Positions 1 through 8,856 are shown, counted from the first letter of the stretch. The stretch is 50,981 nucleotides of DNA from Candidatus Aminicenantia bacterium (GCA_041738575.1 JBGSPO010000015.1:1-50981), one strand, 5' to 3'. Notes: generated from the sequence alone by a model not told the origin. Numbers and translations are program-made.

Positions 1-91
1 GCTGGCCCTGATGCTGGCGGCCCTGCCCTGGATCATTCCCCCCCTGCGCGCGAAGAAGGAGCGCATCGCGAGGCGCCATGACCAAGAGTGA
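1..91 (+). CDS. 3' end of an upstream gene (partial); hydrophobic C-terminus, possibly a membrane component of the adjacent ECF/Cbi-type transporter
   Basis: Frame 2 is open from the window edge to TGA 89-91 and reads LALMLAALPWIIPPLRAKKERIARRHDQE*, a TM-helix end plus basic tail. It overlaps the next start by 14 nt. Too short to identify. Confidence 0.3.
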   Translation, partial: LALMLAALPWIIPPLRAKKERIARRHDQE

Positions 92-671
92 CTTCTTCTC
101 CGGCATCTCCGCCGACTGGGACGAACGGCATTCGCGCCCCGGGGAGCCGGAGCGCTTGAAGGATTTCGCCGGCCATTTCCGGCTCCAGCCCGGTGATCGC
201 GTCCTGGACGCCGGCTGCGGCAGCGGCCGTCTCGTACCGGTGATCTGCGAGATCATCGGCCCGGATGGCAGCCTGGTGGAGCTGGACTTCGCCCCCGGCA
301 TGCTGCAGGTCGGGCGCCGCAAGCCCCATGGGCCCAACGTCTCGTTCACGGAGGGCGACGCCCATGCCCTGCCCCTGCCCGACAATGATTTCGACAAGGT
401 GATCGCCCTGGCCCTCCTGCCCCACCTGACTGACAAGGACCGGGCGCTGAGAGAATTCCGCCGCGTCCTCAGGCCGGGAGGCTTGCTGGTCATTGCCCAC
501 CAGATGGGCCGCGCGGCCCTCGACCGCCTGCACGGCGAAAGCAGCGAGCCGGTCCGCCGCGACCGGCTGCCGGAAAGCCGGGTATTGAGCGAATTGCTGG
601 AAGCCACCGGCTTTTCAGCCATCAAGATCGTGGACGAGGCAGAGCGCTACGTGGCCTGGGGACGGGCCTGA
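78..671 (+). CDS. class I SAM-dependent methyltransferase
   Basis: 197-aa ORF with SAM-binding motif I (VLDAGCGSGR) and the post-I acidic residue pattern (LVELDFAPGML). The stop lies 3 nt before the next gene. Confidence 0.85.
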   Translation: MTKSDFFSGISADWDERHSRPGEPERLKDFAGHFRLQPGDRVLDAGCGSGRLVPVICEIIGPDGSLVELDFAPGMLQVGRRKPHGPNVSFTEGDAHALPLPDNDFDKVIALALLPHLTDKDRALREFRRVLRPGGLLVIAHQMGRAALDRLHGESSEPVRRDRLPESRVLSELLEATGFSAIKIVDEAERYVAWGRA

Positions 672-674
672 GCC

Positions 675-1373
675 ATGGGTGGCGGCCTGATGGCCTGCCT
701 TGACCCCCGGGCCAAGCTGGCCGCTTTTCTGGCAATCCAGGCCCTGCTGTTCATTCCCCCCGCGGGGTCGCTCTCCGTCCGCCTGTTCGCCGTAGCCGTT
801 CCGCTCCTGGCCCTGCTGCCTTTTGCCGGCAAGTCCTGGCGCCTTTGGCTGCGCCTGCTGGCGCTGGCCGCGCCATTTCTGGCATTCCTGGCCCTCAGCG
901 CAGCGGTGCAGCCCGGCGCCGGCCGGACGATGCTGCCGAGGATCGTCCTGCCTCTCCTGGGCAAGTCCATGCTGGTCTTCCTGACCCTGGCCCTGTTTAT
1001 CCTGAATGAACAGCCCGGGCGCCTGCTGCAGGCCCTGAGGCAGATCGGCCTGCCGCGCTCCGCCGTCGTCATCCTGGCCATCGGCCATCGCTTCGCCGCC
1101 CAGTGGGGGCTGGAACTGGAAGGGGTGCGGCGCGCCTGGACGGCCCGCAACCTTACCGCCCTGCCGAAACTTCGCCGGGCCGCAACCCTGGGCAGGGCCT
1201 TGCCCTTGTTTTTCGACAGGCTGCTGGAAAGCGGAAGCCATGTCCACGACGCCATGATCAGCCGCGGCTTCAGCGGTTCGCTGCCGTGCTGGCGGCGCCT
1301 GGTTTTTTCCGGACGCGACGCGATCTTCCTCGCGCTTACCGCCATGATCGCGGCGGCCATCACTACACTGTAA
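675..1373 (+). CDS. ECF transporter transmembrane (T) component, EcfT/CbiQ family
   Basis: 232-aa polytopic membrane ORF. N-terminal LDPRAKL signature and a WTARN (Ala-Arg) loop typical of CbiQ/EcfT. TAATG overlap with the downstream ATPase gene. Confidence 0.8.
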   Translation: MGGGLMACLDPRAKLAAFLAIQALLFIPPAGSLSVRLFAVAVPLLALLPFAGKSWRLWLRLLALAAPFLAFLALSAAVQPGAGRTMLPRIVLPLLGKSMLVFLTLALFILNEQPGRLLQALRQIGLPRSAVVILAIGHRFAAQWGLELEGVRRAWTARNLTALPKLRRAATLGRALPLFFDRLLESGSHVHDAMISRGFSGSLPCWRRLVFSGRDAIFLALTAMIAAAITTL

Positions 1374-2125
1374 TGAGCGATCCGGTCATCGAGATAGGCA
1401 ACCTGGATTTTTTCTACGTCTCGGGAAAGCCCGCCCTGCGCGGCATCAATCTGTCCATCGGCCGCGGCGAATGCGTCGGCCTGGTCGGGCCCAACGGCGC
1501 CGGCAAGTCGACGCTGCTCCTGCACCTCAACGGCGTGCTGCGCGGAGAGGGAGAGATACGCGTCCTAGGCATGGCAATGAACCGGGCCAACCTGAAACAG
1601 ATCCGTCGCCGCGTCGGCCTGGTCTTTCAGGACCCGCGGCAGCAGTTGTTCCTCCCCACGATCGAGGAGGACATCGCCTTCGGCCCGCTCAACGCCGGCT
1701 GGCCCCGGGACATGGCGCGCCAGCGAGTAGCGCACATCATGGCATCGTTCGGCCTGCTTGATATCGGCGATTCGTCCCCGCTGCACCTGAGCCCGGGCGA
1801 GCAAAAAAAAGCGGCCCTGGCCTCCGTGCTGGTGATGGAACCGGAGCTGCTGGCCTTCGACGAACCCTCGGCCGGCCTCGACCCGGCCAGCCGCCGCGAC
1901 TTCATCGAGCGGGTCAGGGCGCTCCCCCAGGCCAAGGTCATCGCCACCCACGACATGGACCTGGCCTACGAGCTATGCGACCGGGTGCTGGTCATGGACC
2001 ATGGCCGCATGTTCGCCGATGGCAGCCGCGATGCCATCCTGGGCGATGCCGGCTTGCTCAGAGCCCATCGGCTCGAGAGGCCGCCAAGCATGCTATTAAA
2101 GGAAATGATCCTTCGTGACGCGTAA
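1373..2125 (+). CDS. ECF/ABC transporter ATP-binding protein, EcfA/CbiO family
   Basis: Walker A GPNGAGKST, Q-loop, signature LSPGEQKK, Walker B LLAFDEP, H-loop ATHD. Start chosen at ATG 1373 (MSDPVIEIGNL), which overlaps the cbiQ-like stop. The track ORF 1103-2125 is an upstream extension. Confidence 0.9.
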   Translation: MSDPVIEIGNLDFFYVSGKPALRGINLSIGRGECVGLVGPNGAGKSTLLLHLNGVLRGEGEIRVLGMAMNRANLKQIRRRVGLVFQDPRQQLFLPTIEEDIAFGPLNAGWPRDMARQRVAHIMASFGLLDIGDSSPLHLSPGEQKKAALASVLVMEPELLAFDEPSAGLDPASRRDFIERVRALPQAKVIATHDMDLAYELCDRVLVMDHGRMFADGSRDAILGDAGLLRAHRLERPPSMLLKEMILRDA

Positions 2126-2382
2126 CGCGTGACGAGGAAGAACAGAACTTGGCCTAAGGTTCAGGGCGGAAGGCGCAGGGTAAGACAAAGGCAAAAGGGG
2201 AAAGGTAAAAGTGAAGAAAGGATCTTTTAATTGCCCGCTACCATAACGGATAGTTCGTAAATTTTATGTCTAACACTAACACTATCACTAACACTTTTTC
2301 TTTTCATTTGGAATTTGGAGCTCGGGATTTGGAATTTCCGTCTTCTCGCGTTACGCGTCACGCGTTACGTGTCACGAAGGAT
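2108..2382. repeat. 275-bp cassette bounded by 27-bp inverted repeats (26/27 match) enclosing a 221-bp AT/purine-rich non-coding core
   Basis: 2108-2134 atccttcgtgacgcgtaacgcgtgacg is the reverse complement of 2356-2382 (cgtcacgcgttacgtgtcacgaaggat) with one mismatch. No ORF of 60 aa or more inside. The left arm overlaps the last codons of the ATPase gene. Confidence 0.7.
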
Positions 2383-2508
2383 TGGCTTTTGCTGCACTTG
2401 CATTTTCGGGCCAAATCCAGTATCCTTGCCCCTTGATTCGCGGCGGCGGATTTGAACCATCACGTTCCACCGCCCGCAGAATCCAAGACAGAGGAGGATC
2501 CGACCATC

Positions 2509-4173
2509 ATGAAGACCATCACCTGGATAACGACGATCGCGCTGCTGCTGGCCCTGGCGCCGGCAGCGCAGGCCTGCACCAATTACCTGGTCAGCAAGGG
2601 CGCCTCAAAGGACGGCTCGACCATGATCACCTACTCGGCCGACTCGCACGCGCTGTACGGCGACCTGAACTTCATTCCCGCCGGCGAGCACATCGCGGGC
2701 ACCTGGATCGACGTCTTCGACGGCGACTCCGGCAAGCTCCTGGGCAGGATCCGCCAGGTGCCCCGCACCTGGCAGGTGGTGGGGCTGATCAACGAGCATC
2801 AGGTGGCGCTGGGCGAGACCACCTTCGGCGGCCGCGAGGAGCTGATGGACGCCAAGGCGGTGGTGGATTACGGCAGCCTGATGAACCTGGCCCTGCAGCG
2901 CGGCCGCACCGCCCGCGAAGCCCTGCAGGTGATGACCTCGCTGGTCGAGGAGTACGGCTACGCCTCGAGCGGCGAATCGTTCTCCATTTCCGACCCCAAC
3001 GAGGCTTGGATCCTGGAGATGATCTCCAAGGGGCCGGACCGCAAGGGCGCCGTCTGGGTGGCCCGCCTGGTGCCCGACGGCTACGTCTGCGGCCACGCCA
3101 ACCAGGCGCGCATCCACCGGTTCCCGCTGCAGAAGGCCAACAACTTTTTCGATAAAAAACAGACCACCTTCCACTCAGCCGACGTGATCGCCTTCGCCCG
3201 CGAGAAAGGCTATTTCAAGGGCGCGGACAGCGAGTTCAGCTTCGCCGCCGCCTACTGCCCGCCCGACTTCGGCGGCCGGCGCTTTTGCGACGCCCGCGTC
3301 TGGGAGTTCTTCCGCCGCATCACCCCCGACTCGAAACAGATGGACGCCTACAAGGACTGGGCCCTGGGCGTTAAGCCCGACGCCGAGCCCATGCCGCTGT
3401 TCGTCAAGCCCGACGGCAAGCTCTCCCTGCGCGACGTCATGGAGCTGATGCGCGACCATTACGAGGGCAGCGAGATGGACATGAACGGCGACATCGGCGC
3501 CAGCCCCTTCACCCTGCCCTACCGCTGGCGGCCCATGACCTGGAAGACGGACAAGGACGCCAAGGAAGAATATTTCTTCGAGCGCGCCACCTCCACCCAG
3601 CAGACCGCTTTCTCCTTTGTCGCCCAGTCGCGCTCCTGGCTGCCCGGCCCCATCGGCGGCATCTTCTGGATGGGCATGGACGACACCTTCAGCACCGTCT
3701 ACGCCCCCATGTACTGCGGCATCCGCCAGGTGCCCCCCAGCTATGCGAAAGGGACAGGCGACTTCAGCCGCTTCAGCTGGGACTCGGCCTTCTGGGTATT
3801 CAACTTCGTCTCCAACTACGCCTACTCGCGCTACGTCGACATGATCCAGGACATCCAGGCCGTCCAGCGCGAGATCGAGGGCAAGTACCTCGCCGGGCAG
3901 CCCGAGATCGAGGCGGCGGCGCTCGACCTTTACAAGCGCTCGCCCGAGCTGGCCCGCGACCGCCTCACCGCCTACAGCGTAGGCGAGGGCGAAGCGCTGG
4001 TCAAGCGCTGGCGCCAGCTGGGCGAGTTCCTTATCTGGAAATACCTGGACGGCAACGTGCGCGACAGCCAGGGCAATGTCACCCATCCGCCTTATCCCAA
4101 GGAATGGTACCAGCGCATCATCAAGGAGACCGGCGACAGGTTCAAGTTGCCGGAGCCCGAGAAGAAAGAATAA
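2509..4173 (+). CDS. secreted C69-family dipeptidase (Ntn-type Cys peptidase)
   Basis: Signal peptide MKTITWITTIALLLALAPAAQA followed directly by CTNYLVSKGASKDGSTMITYSADSH, the C69 N-terminal Cys nucleophile context. GAGGAGGA RBS at 2491-2498. The track ORF starts further upstream at 2452. Confidence 0.88.
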   Translation: MKTITWITTIALLLALAPAAQACTNYLVSKGASKDGSTMITYSADSHALYGDLNFIPAGEHIAGTWIDVFDGDSGKLLGRIRQVPRTWQVVGLINEHQVALGETTFGGREELMDAKAVVDYGSLMNLALQRGRTAREALQVMTSLVEEYGYASSGESFSISDPNEAWILEMISKGPDRKGAVWVARLVPDGYVCGHANQARIHRFPLQKANNFFDKKQTTFHSADVIAFAREKGYFKGADSEFSFAAAYCPPDFGGRRFCDARVWEFFRRITPDSKQMDAYKDWALGVKPDAEPMPLFVKPDGKLSLRDVMELMRDHYEGSEMDMNGDIGASPFTLPYRWRPMTWKTDKDAKEEYFFERATSTQQTAFSFVAQSRSWLPGPIGGIFWMGMDDTFSTVYAPMYCGIRQVPPSYAKGTGDFSRFSWDSAFWVFNFVSNYAYSRYVDMIQDIQAVQREIEGKYLAGQPEIEAAALDLYKRSPELARDRLTAYSVGEGEALVKRWRQLGEFLIWKYLDGNVRDSQGNVTHPPYPKEWYQRIIKETGDRFKLPEPEKKE

Positions 4174-4197
4174 AGAGAAGTAGATGAGTTGAAGGGT

Positions 4198-4263
4198 AGA
4201 TGAGTTGATGGGTTAAGAAAAGAGCCGGAGTTCGCTGTCAGTGCCGTTCACCCATCAACTCAT
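4198..4263. terminator. hairpin between convergent genes (possible bidirectional terminator)
   Basis: agatgagttgatgggt (4198-4213) pairs with acccatcaactcat (4250-4263). No clean U-tract. Confidence 0.4.
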
Positions 4264-4288
4264 TTACTCATCAACAGGCAGTTTTCAT

Positions 4289-5614
4289 CTAGAACTTCTT
4301 GAAGAACCCCAGTCCTAAAAGAAACTTCCCCGGGGCTTCCTGGTGCGGGTCCAGGCCGATCTCTTTTTTCCAGCCGAGATACGGCCTGAGCTCGACCGGG
4401 CCGCCGCTGCTCGCCAGCAGGCGGATATCGAAGCGGATGCGCCCGGCGTCGGCGTGTACGCGCGTTTCCGTGAACACCCGCCACGACGCGCCATTCCATA
4501 TCCCCAGGCCCAGCCTGCCGCTGGCCCCCAGGCCGCGCTTGAAATCGTATCCCGCGGCAACCTCGTAGCGGACATCCCGCCCCAGTACATCGAACTCGGC
4601 CTGGTTGCGCAGGGCCAGCCCCGTGAACAGGCTGGCCGTGAAGGGCAGGTCGTCGTCGACGGGGATGTCCGCCCGGTAACGCGCCACCCAGGCGGCGAAC
4701 AGGCCCGGGGCCACCGTTTTCTCATAGTCGAGCCCGAGGTCGTAGATCATCTTGCCCGGCCAGAATTGGGCGAAAAAGCCGTCACCGTTAAGGATGGGCG
4801 ACTCGAACTCGACCCCGAGCACCACGCGCCGGGTATCGCTGCGGAAGAATTCCAGCTTGAAGTCGCCCTCGATCTCGAGCTTGAAGCGCTCATCGAACGG
4901 CGAGGCCCCGACCAGGACCTTCATGTTGTCGAGCAAGGCGCTGTCCCCATTCCCGGAGCGGAAACGCAGTCCCAGATAGGACGTGTTGCGGAACTCGTAA
5001 TGGCGGGCATTCCTGAAGAAGATATCGACGTTGCGGTTCAAGGCCAGGGAAAAGCCGCAGTCATGGTAAAGACGCGAGAAATTGACCAGCTTGAATTCAG
5101 CCTGCAGCGTGAGCTCGGGGATGAGCATCCCCCGCCACTCCCCGCCCGCCGTCAGCAGCTCGCGGTAGCCGTCACTGCCGCCGATGAAGGCTCCGCCGCC
5201 GAGCGCCAGCGTGAGATCACCGCGATCCAGGATGACCCGGCCCAGCAGCTCGTTCAGGTTCCAGACATAGGGAGTGTCGCGCAGGGTCTCGTGGCGACAG
5301 AAATGGTTCAGGCGCAATTCAGCCGTCACATTTTCGTTGAGGACCTTCTGCGCCCCGGCCATGACCCAGTAATCGATGGCCCCCTGCAGGCGGCCGTTCA
5401 TGCGCGAGTGGTACTGCACCTCGGCGAACAGGTTGCTTCTGCGCCCGGGGAAATCAAAATGGAAAACGGGCCGGTAGTAGCGTCGTTCCAGGGAGTCGAT
5501 GCCGTATTCCACCACCAGGCTGGCCTGGCTCGGCCGCTCGGCTTCATCGGCGGCATGGATCACGGCGGACAGCAGGACGAGGAGCACCAGAAAAAGCGGC
5601 AGCAGTCTCTTCAA
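4289..5614 (-). CDS. predicted outer-membrane beta-barrel protein (family not recognised)
   Basis: Alternating beta-strand-like pattern and a C-terminal ...GLGFFKKF ending in Phe. TTG at 5614 gives a canonical signal peptide, MKRLLPLFLVLLVLLSAVIHA/ADE. The track ORF extends to 5737 but that extension runs through the dcp terminator hairpin. Confidence 0.6.
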   Translation of the reverse strand: MKRLLPLFLVLLVLLSAVIHAADEAERPSQASLVVEYGIDSLERRYYRPVFHFDFPGRRSNLFAEVQYHSRMNGRLQGAIDYWVMAGAQKVLNENVTAELRLNHFCRHETLRDTPYVWNLNELLGRVILDRGDLTLALGGGAFIGGSDGYRELLTAGGEWRGMLIPELTLQAEFKLVNFSRLYHDCGFSLALNRNVDIFFRNARHYEFRNTSYLGLRFRSGNGDSALLDNMKVLVGASPFDERFKLEIEGDFKLEFFRSDTRRVVLGVEFESPILNGDGFFAQFWPGKMIYDLGLDYEKTVAPGLFAAWVARYRADIPVDDDLPFTASLFTGLALRNQAEFDVLGRDVRYEVAAGYDFKRGLGASGRLGLGIWNGASWRVFTETRVHADAGRIRFDIRLLASSGGPVELRPYLGWKKEIGLDPHQEAPGKFLLGLGFFKKF

Positions 5615-5696
5615 GCCATATTGGTAACAGAAAAAGAAGCCGGGCGCAATATCTTTGCGAAGAAGCAGAGCTTGTCCTGCCGAACTTGTTGGTTTT

Positions 5697-5724
5697 AAAA
5701 AAAAGGGCAGCCGCAAGGCTGCCC
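5697..5724 (-). terminator. Rho-independent terminator of the Dcp-like gene
   Basis: The minus strand reads GGGCAGCC-TTGC-GGCTGCCC followed by T8 (plus-strand A8 at 5697-5704), about 22 nt after the stop at 5746. Confidence 0.8.
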
Positions 5725-5745
5725 TTTTCCCATTCAATCAGCGAT

Positions 5746-7869
5746 CTACAGCAGTCCGCGCTTCTTCAGCAGCGGCTCGACCTTGGGTTCGCGGCCGCGG
5801 AAGCGCTTGTAGAGGACCATGGCGTCCTCGGTGCCCAGCCTGGCCAGGATGTTCCTGCGGAACGACGCGGCGGTCTTGTGGTCGAACAGCGAGGTCTCCT
5901 TGAAAGCCTCGAACGCGTCGCAGTCCAGGACCTCGGACCACATGTAGCTGTAATAGCCGGCCTCGTAGCCGCCGTGGATGTGGGTGAAATAGGTGGAACT
6001 CCAGCGGGGCAGAATCTCGGGGATCAGGCCGAGCCCTTCCATCACCTTTCGCTCGAAGCGGGTAACGTTCACGTTCAGGGCGCTTTCCAGCCCGTGCCAG
6101 GCCATGTCCAGGAAGCAAGAGGCCAGGAACTCAACGGTTTCAAAGCCCTGGTTGAACAGGCTGCTGTTCCGGAGCTTCTCCACCAGCGCCGCCGGGATGA
6201 CCTCGCCGGTCTGGTAGTGGCGGGCGTAGAGCTTCAGCATCTCGGGCTCCAGCACCCAGTGCTCCATGATCTGCGAGGGGAGTTCCACCGAGTCCTGGGG
6301 GGCAAAGTTGGAGCGGTAGCGGCTGTCGGTGAACAGGGTGTTCAGGGCATGGCCGAACTCATGGAACGAGGTCAGGGCCTCGTCGATGCTCAGCAGCGAG
6401 GGCGCCCCGGCCGTCGGCTTGGTGAAGTTGCCGACCAGGGTGGCGAAGGGGATCACGCGCTTGCCGTCCTTGTAGTAGGTGCCGCGGAAGCTTCCGGACC
6501 AGGCGCCGCCCTGTTTGTTGTCGCGCGGGAAGAAGTCCATGTACAGGATCCCCAGCAGGGTGCCGTCGGCATCATGGACCTCGGCCACCCGGACCTCGGG
6601 GTCGTAGACCGGGATGTCCTTGCGCTCCTGGAATTTCAGCCCCCAGAGCTTCTCGGCCAGGGTGAACATGCCCTGCTGGACGTTCTCCAGCTTGAAGTAG
6701 GGGCGCAGCTGGGAGTCGTCCAGGTCGTACCTGGCCTTGCGCAGTTTCTCGGCGTAGTACCACCAGTCCCAGGACTGCAGCGCGAAGCCGCCCTTCTCCC
6801 CGTCAATGAGCTTCTGCATCCCGGCGGCCTCGGCCTTGGCCTGCTCGAGGGCCGGCTTCCAGAGGCGCATCAGGAACTCGTTCACCGCCGCCGGCGTCTT
6901 GGCCATGCGCGGCTCGAGGTAGAAGTCGGCGGGGGTCTTGTAGCCCAGCAGGCGGTAGCGCTCCTCGCGCAGCACCATCAGCTTCTGCAGGACGGCCTTG
7001 TTGTCCTTGTCGTTGTCGCGGTCGCCGCGCATGAACCAGCGGGTATACAATGATTCGCGCAGGCTGCGCTTCGGCGAGTACTGCAGGAAGGGGATCCAGC
7101 TGGTCTTCTGGGCGGTGAAGACCCATTTGCCTTCCATGCCCAGGGCCTTGGCCGTCTCGGCCGCCTCGGTGACGACGCCCTCGGGGAGCCCGGCCAGGTC
7201 CTCCCGGCTGTCAACGACGATGAAGGATGAATTGGTCTCGGCCAGGACGTTGTCGCTGAACTTCAGCGCCAGCAGCGAGTGCTCCTTGTTGATCTCGCGC
7301 AGGCGGCCTTTTTGCTCATCGTTCAGCAGGGCACCGCTGCGCACGAAGCCGCGGTAAGTATTCTCCAGCAGGTAGCGCTGCACGTCGTCGAGCTTCAGCT
7401 TGGCACGGCGGTCGTAGACCGCCTTGACGCGGGCGAAGAGCTTTTCGTTGAGGTTGATGTTGTCGTTGTGCGTGGAAAGCAGCGGCGCCAGCTCGTTGGC
7501 CAGGTCCTGCATCGGCTGGCTGGTGGCCGCGCTCAGCAGGGAGTAGAAGACGGCGCCCACTTCGCCGAGCAGCTGCCCGGACATGTCCAGGGCCACGATG
7601 GTATTCTCGAAGGTCGGCGCCTTGGGATTGGCCACGATGGCGTCGATCTCGGCCTGGTGCCGCTTGATCCCTTCCTGCATCGCCGGCAGGTAATGGCCGA
7701 TCTGGATGCGGTCAAAGGCCGGGGTCTGGTACGGCGTGCTGGGGACGGTCAGGAACGGGTTGTCCCCGGCCGCGGCCGCATTGCCCCGCGCAGACAGGGT
7801 TAGGGGCAGGACCAGGGTCGCCAGCAGCAATACCGGGGCCAATTGATAAAGAATGCTTTTCTTTTCCAA
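5746..7869 (-). CDS. dcp: secreted M3A-family metallopeptidase, peptidyl-dipeptidase Dcp / oligopeptidase A-like
   Basis: 707 aa. HEFGHALN zinc motif plus downstream Glu, and the M3A C-terminal pattern GGYEAGYYSYMWSEVLDCDAFEAF. N-terminal signal peptide. TTG start with an AGGAGGA RBS. Confidence 0.88.
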   Translation of the reverse strand: MEKKSILYQLAPVLLLATLVLPLTLSARGNAAAAGDNPFLTVPSTPYQTPAFDRIQIGHYLPAMQEGIKRHQAEIDAIVANPKAPTFENTIVALDMSGQLLGEVGAVFYSLLSAATSQPMQDLANELAPLLSTHNDNINLNEKLFARVKAVYDRRAKLKLDDVQRYLLENTYRGFVRSGALLNDEQKGRLREINKEHSLLALKFSDNVLAETNSSFIVVDSREDLAGLPEGVVTEAAETAKALGMEGKWVFTAQKTSWIPFLQYSPKRSLRESLYTRWFMRGDRDNDKDNKAVLQKLMVLREERYRLLGYKTPADFYLEPRMAKTPAAVNEFLMRLWKPALEQAKAEAAGMQKLIDGEKGGFALQSWDWWYYAEKLRKARYDLDDSQLRPYFKLENVQQGMFTLAEKLWGLKFQERKDIPVYDPEVRVAEVHDADGTLLGILYMDFFPRDNKQGGAWSGSFRGTYYKDGKRVIPFATLVGNFTKPTAGAPSLLSIDEALTSFHEFGHALNTLFTDSRYRSNFAPQDSVELPSQIMEHWVLEPEMLKLYARHYQTGEVIPAALVEKLRNSSLFNQGFETVEFLASCFLDMAWHGLESALNVNVTRFERKVMEGLGLIPEILPRWSSTYFTHIHGGYEAGYYSYMWSEVLDCDAFEAFKETSLFDHKTAASFRRNILARLGTEDAMVLYKRFRGREPKVEPLLKKRGLL

Positions 7870-7904
7870 GAGTGGTTCCTCCTATTTTTGTGATATCCAG
7901 CCTT

Positions 7905-7934
7905 ATTATACGCCTATAATACGGATGGCGCCAA
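7905..7934 (-). promoter_or_regulatory. putative sigma-70-type promoter for the Dcp-like gene
   Basis: Minus strand TTGGCG-N18-TATAAT (complement of 7929-7934 and 7905-7910), about 35 nt upstream of the start. Pattern match only. Confidence 0.3.
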
Positions 7935-8187
7935 GCTTCGTTCATGCAATCTTTTTTTGGAGGTTCGCATGCATAATCAAACTGATCTAAGATTTCTCAA
8001 TCAAAAATCGAAATGTCCGGTTTTTTAAAAAGAACAGGCATATCGGGAATTGGAAAAGGAAGTGCCTATTCCAACAGGTTGCGAGAGCACGTCCCATAAT
8101 CCCAGCCTCCAGGCGCGAAAGTTATTCCAGGGGTGGTTGGGGAAAAAAGCTTGCAGGATCTCGGAATGGACGCGATTGATCGGGAAA

Positions 8188-8856
8188 CTATTTGCAGAAT
8201 TTTTTTAGTAATTTCGGAGCTATTTTATCTCCGAGTTCAGACGCTTTACTAAGGTCGGAGCATCCACTTTCTTTCTGCTTGAGCTTGATTTTTACCAGCC
8301 CACGGGAACGGTATGCCAACTCGAATTCCTTATTAAATTCAATGGCTTTTGAAAAATCTTCGAGTGCCCCCTGAAAATCACGGAGCATATCCTTGGCGTG
8401 GCCTCGGCCGAAATAGCACCGATCCGCTTTCGCGTTCAACGCAAGCGCTGCGGAAAAATCCTGAATGGCTCCGAGATAATCCTTCATTTTGCTCAGGATC
8501 GTGCCTCGGAATTGATAAGCAGAAGGATTTTTCGGCTTCAACTCGATGGCCTTGGTAAAATCGACTAAAGCGCCGGGAAAATCTTTCATTTTGCTCTTGG
8601 CAGCGCCACGGGTTTGATAAAATGAAGGATTTTTCGGCTGCAACTCGATGGCTTTGGAAAAATCGGCTATGGCTCCGGCAAAGTCACTGGCTTTTATTTT
8701 CGACTTGCCGCTTTTTAAATAATCACTCGCATCCTTTTGTTCGATAACCTTCTCGGTCCGGGGTTTGTCGCTTTTCTTGCAGCTGGATAAAACAAACGAC
8801 ATTAATGCCAAGGCTAAAACACAAGCAATCGTTATCTTTCTTGAGTTGCGCTTCAT
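8188..8856 (-). CDS. TPR-repeat lipoprotein
   Basis: Lipobox LSSC near the N-terminus. Four to five TPR units with a recurring DF.KAIEL.PKNPS.Y..RG pattern. Low GC. Confidence 0.85.
   Translation of the reverse strand: MKRNSRKITIACVLALALMSFVLSSCKKSDKPRTEKVIEQKDASDYLKSGKSKIKASDFAGAIADFSKAIELQPKNPSFYQTRGAAKSKMKDFPGALVDFTKAIELKPKNPSAYQFRGTILSKMKDYLGAIQDFSAALALNAKADRCYFGRGHAKDMLRDFQGALEDFSKAIEFNKEFELAYRSRGLVKIKLKQKESGCSDLSKASELGDKIAPKLLKKFCK

Noticed and set aside
1803-1810. A8 run inside the high-GC ECF ATPase gene, considered as a slippage or programmed-frameshift site.
   Set aside because: It encodes the conserved signature region (LSPGEQKKAA) in frame. No alternative-frame ORF continues from it.
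2272-2295. Short tandem hexamers (AACACT x4) and other micro-repeats, checked as a possible CRISPR or minisatellite array.
   Set aside because: The units are far too short, there are no spacers, and no cas genes are present. They are reported only as micro-repeats within the IR-bounded cassette.
2383-2420. tTGGCTTTTGCTGCACTTGCA upstream of the dipeptidase gene, considered as a sigma-54 promoter.
   Set aside because: The GG-to-GC spacing does not fit the required N10 geometry in any register.
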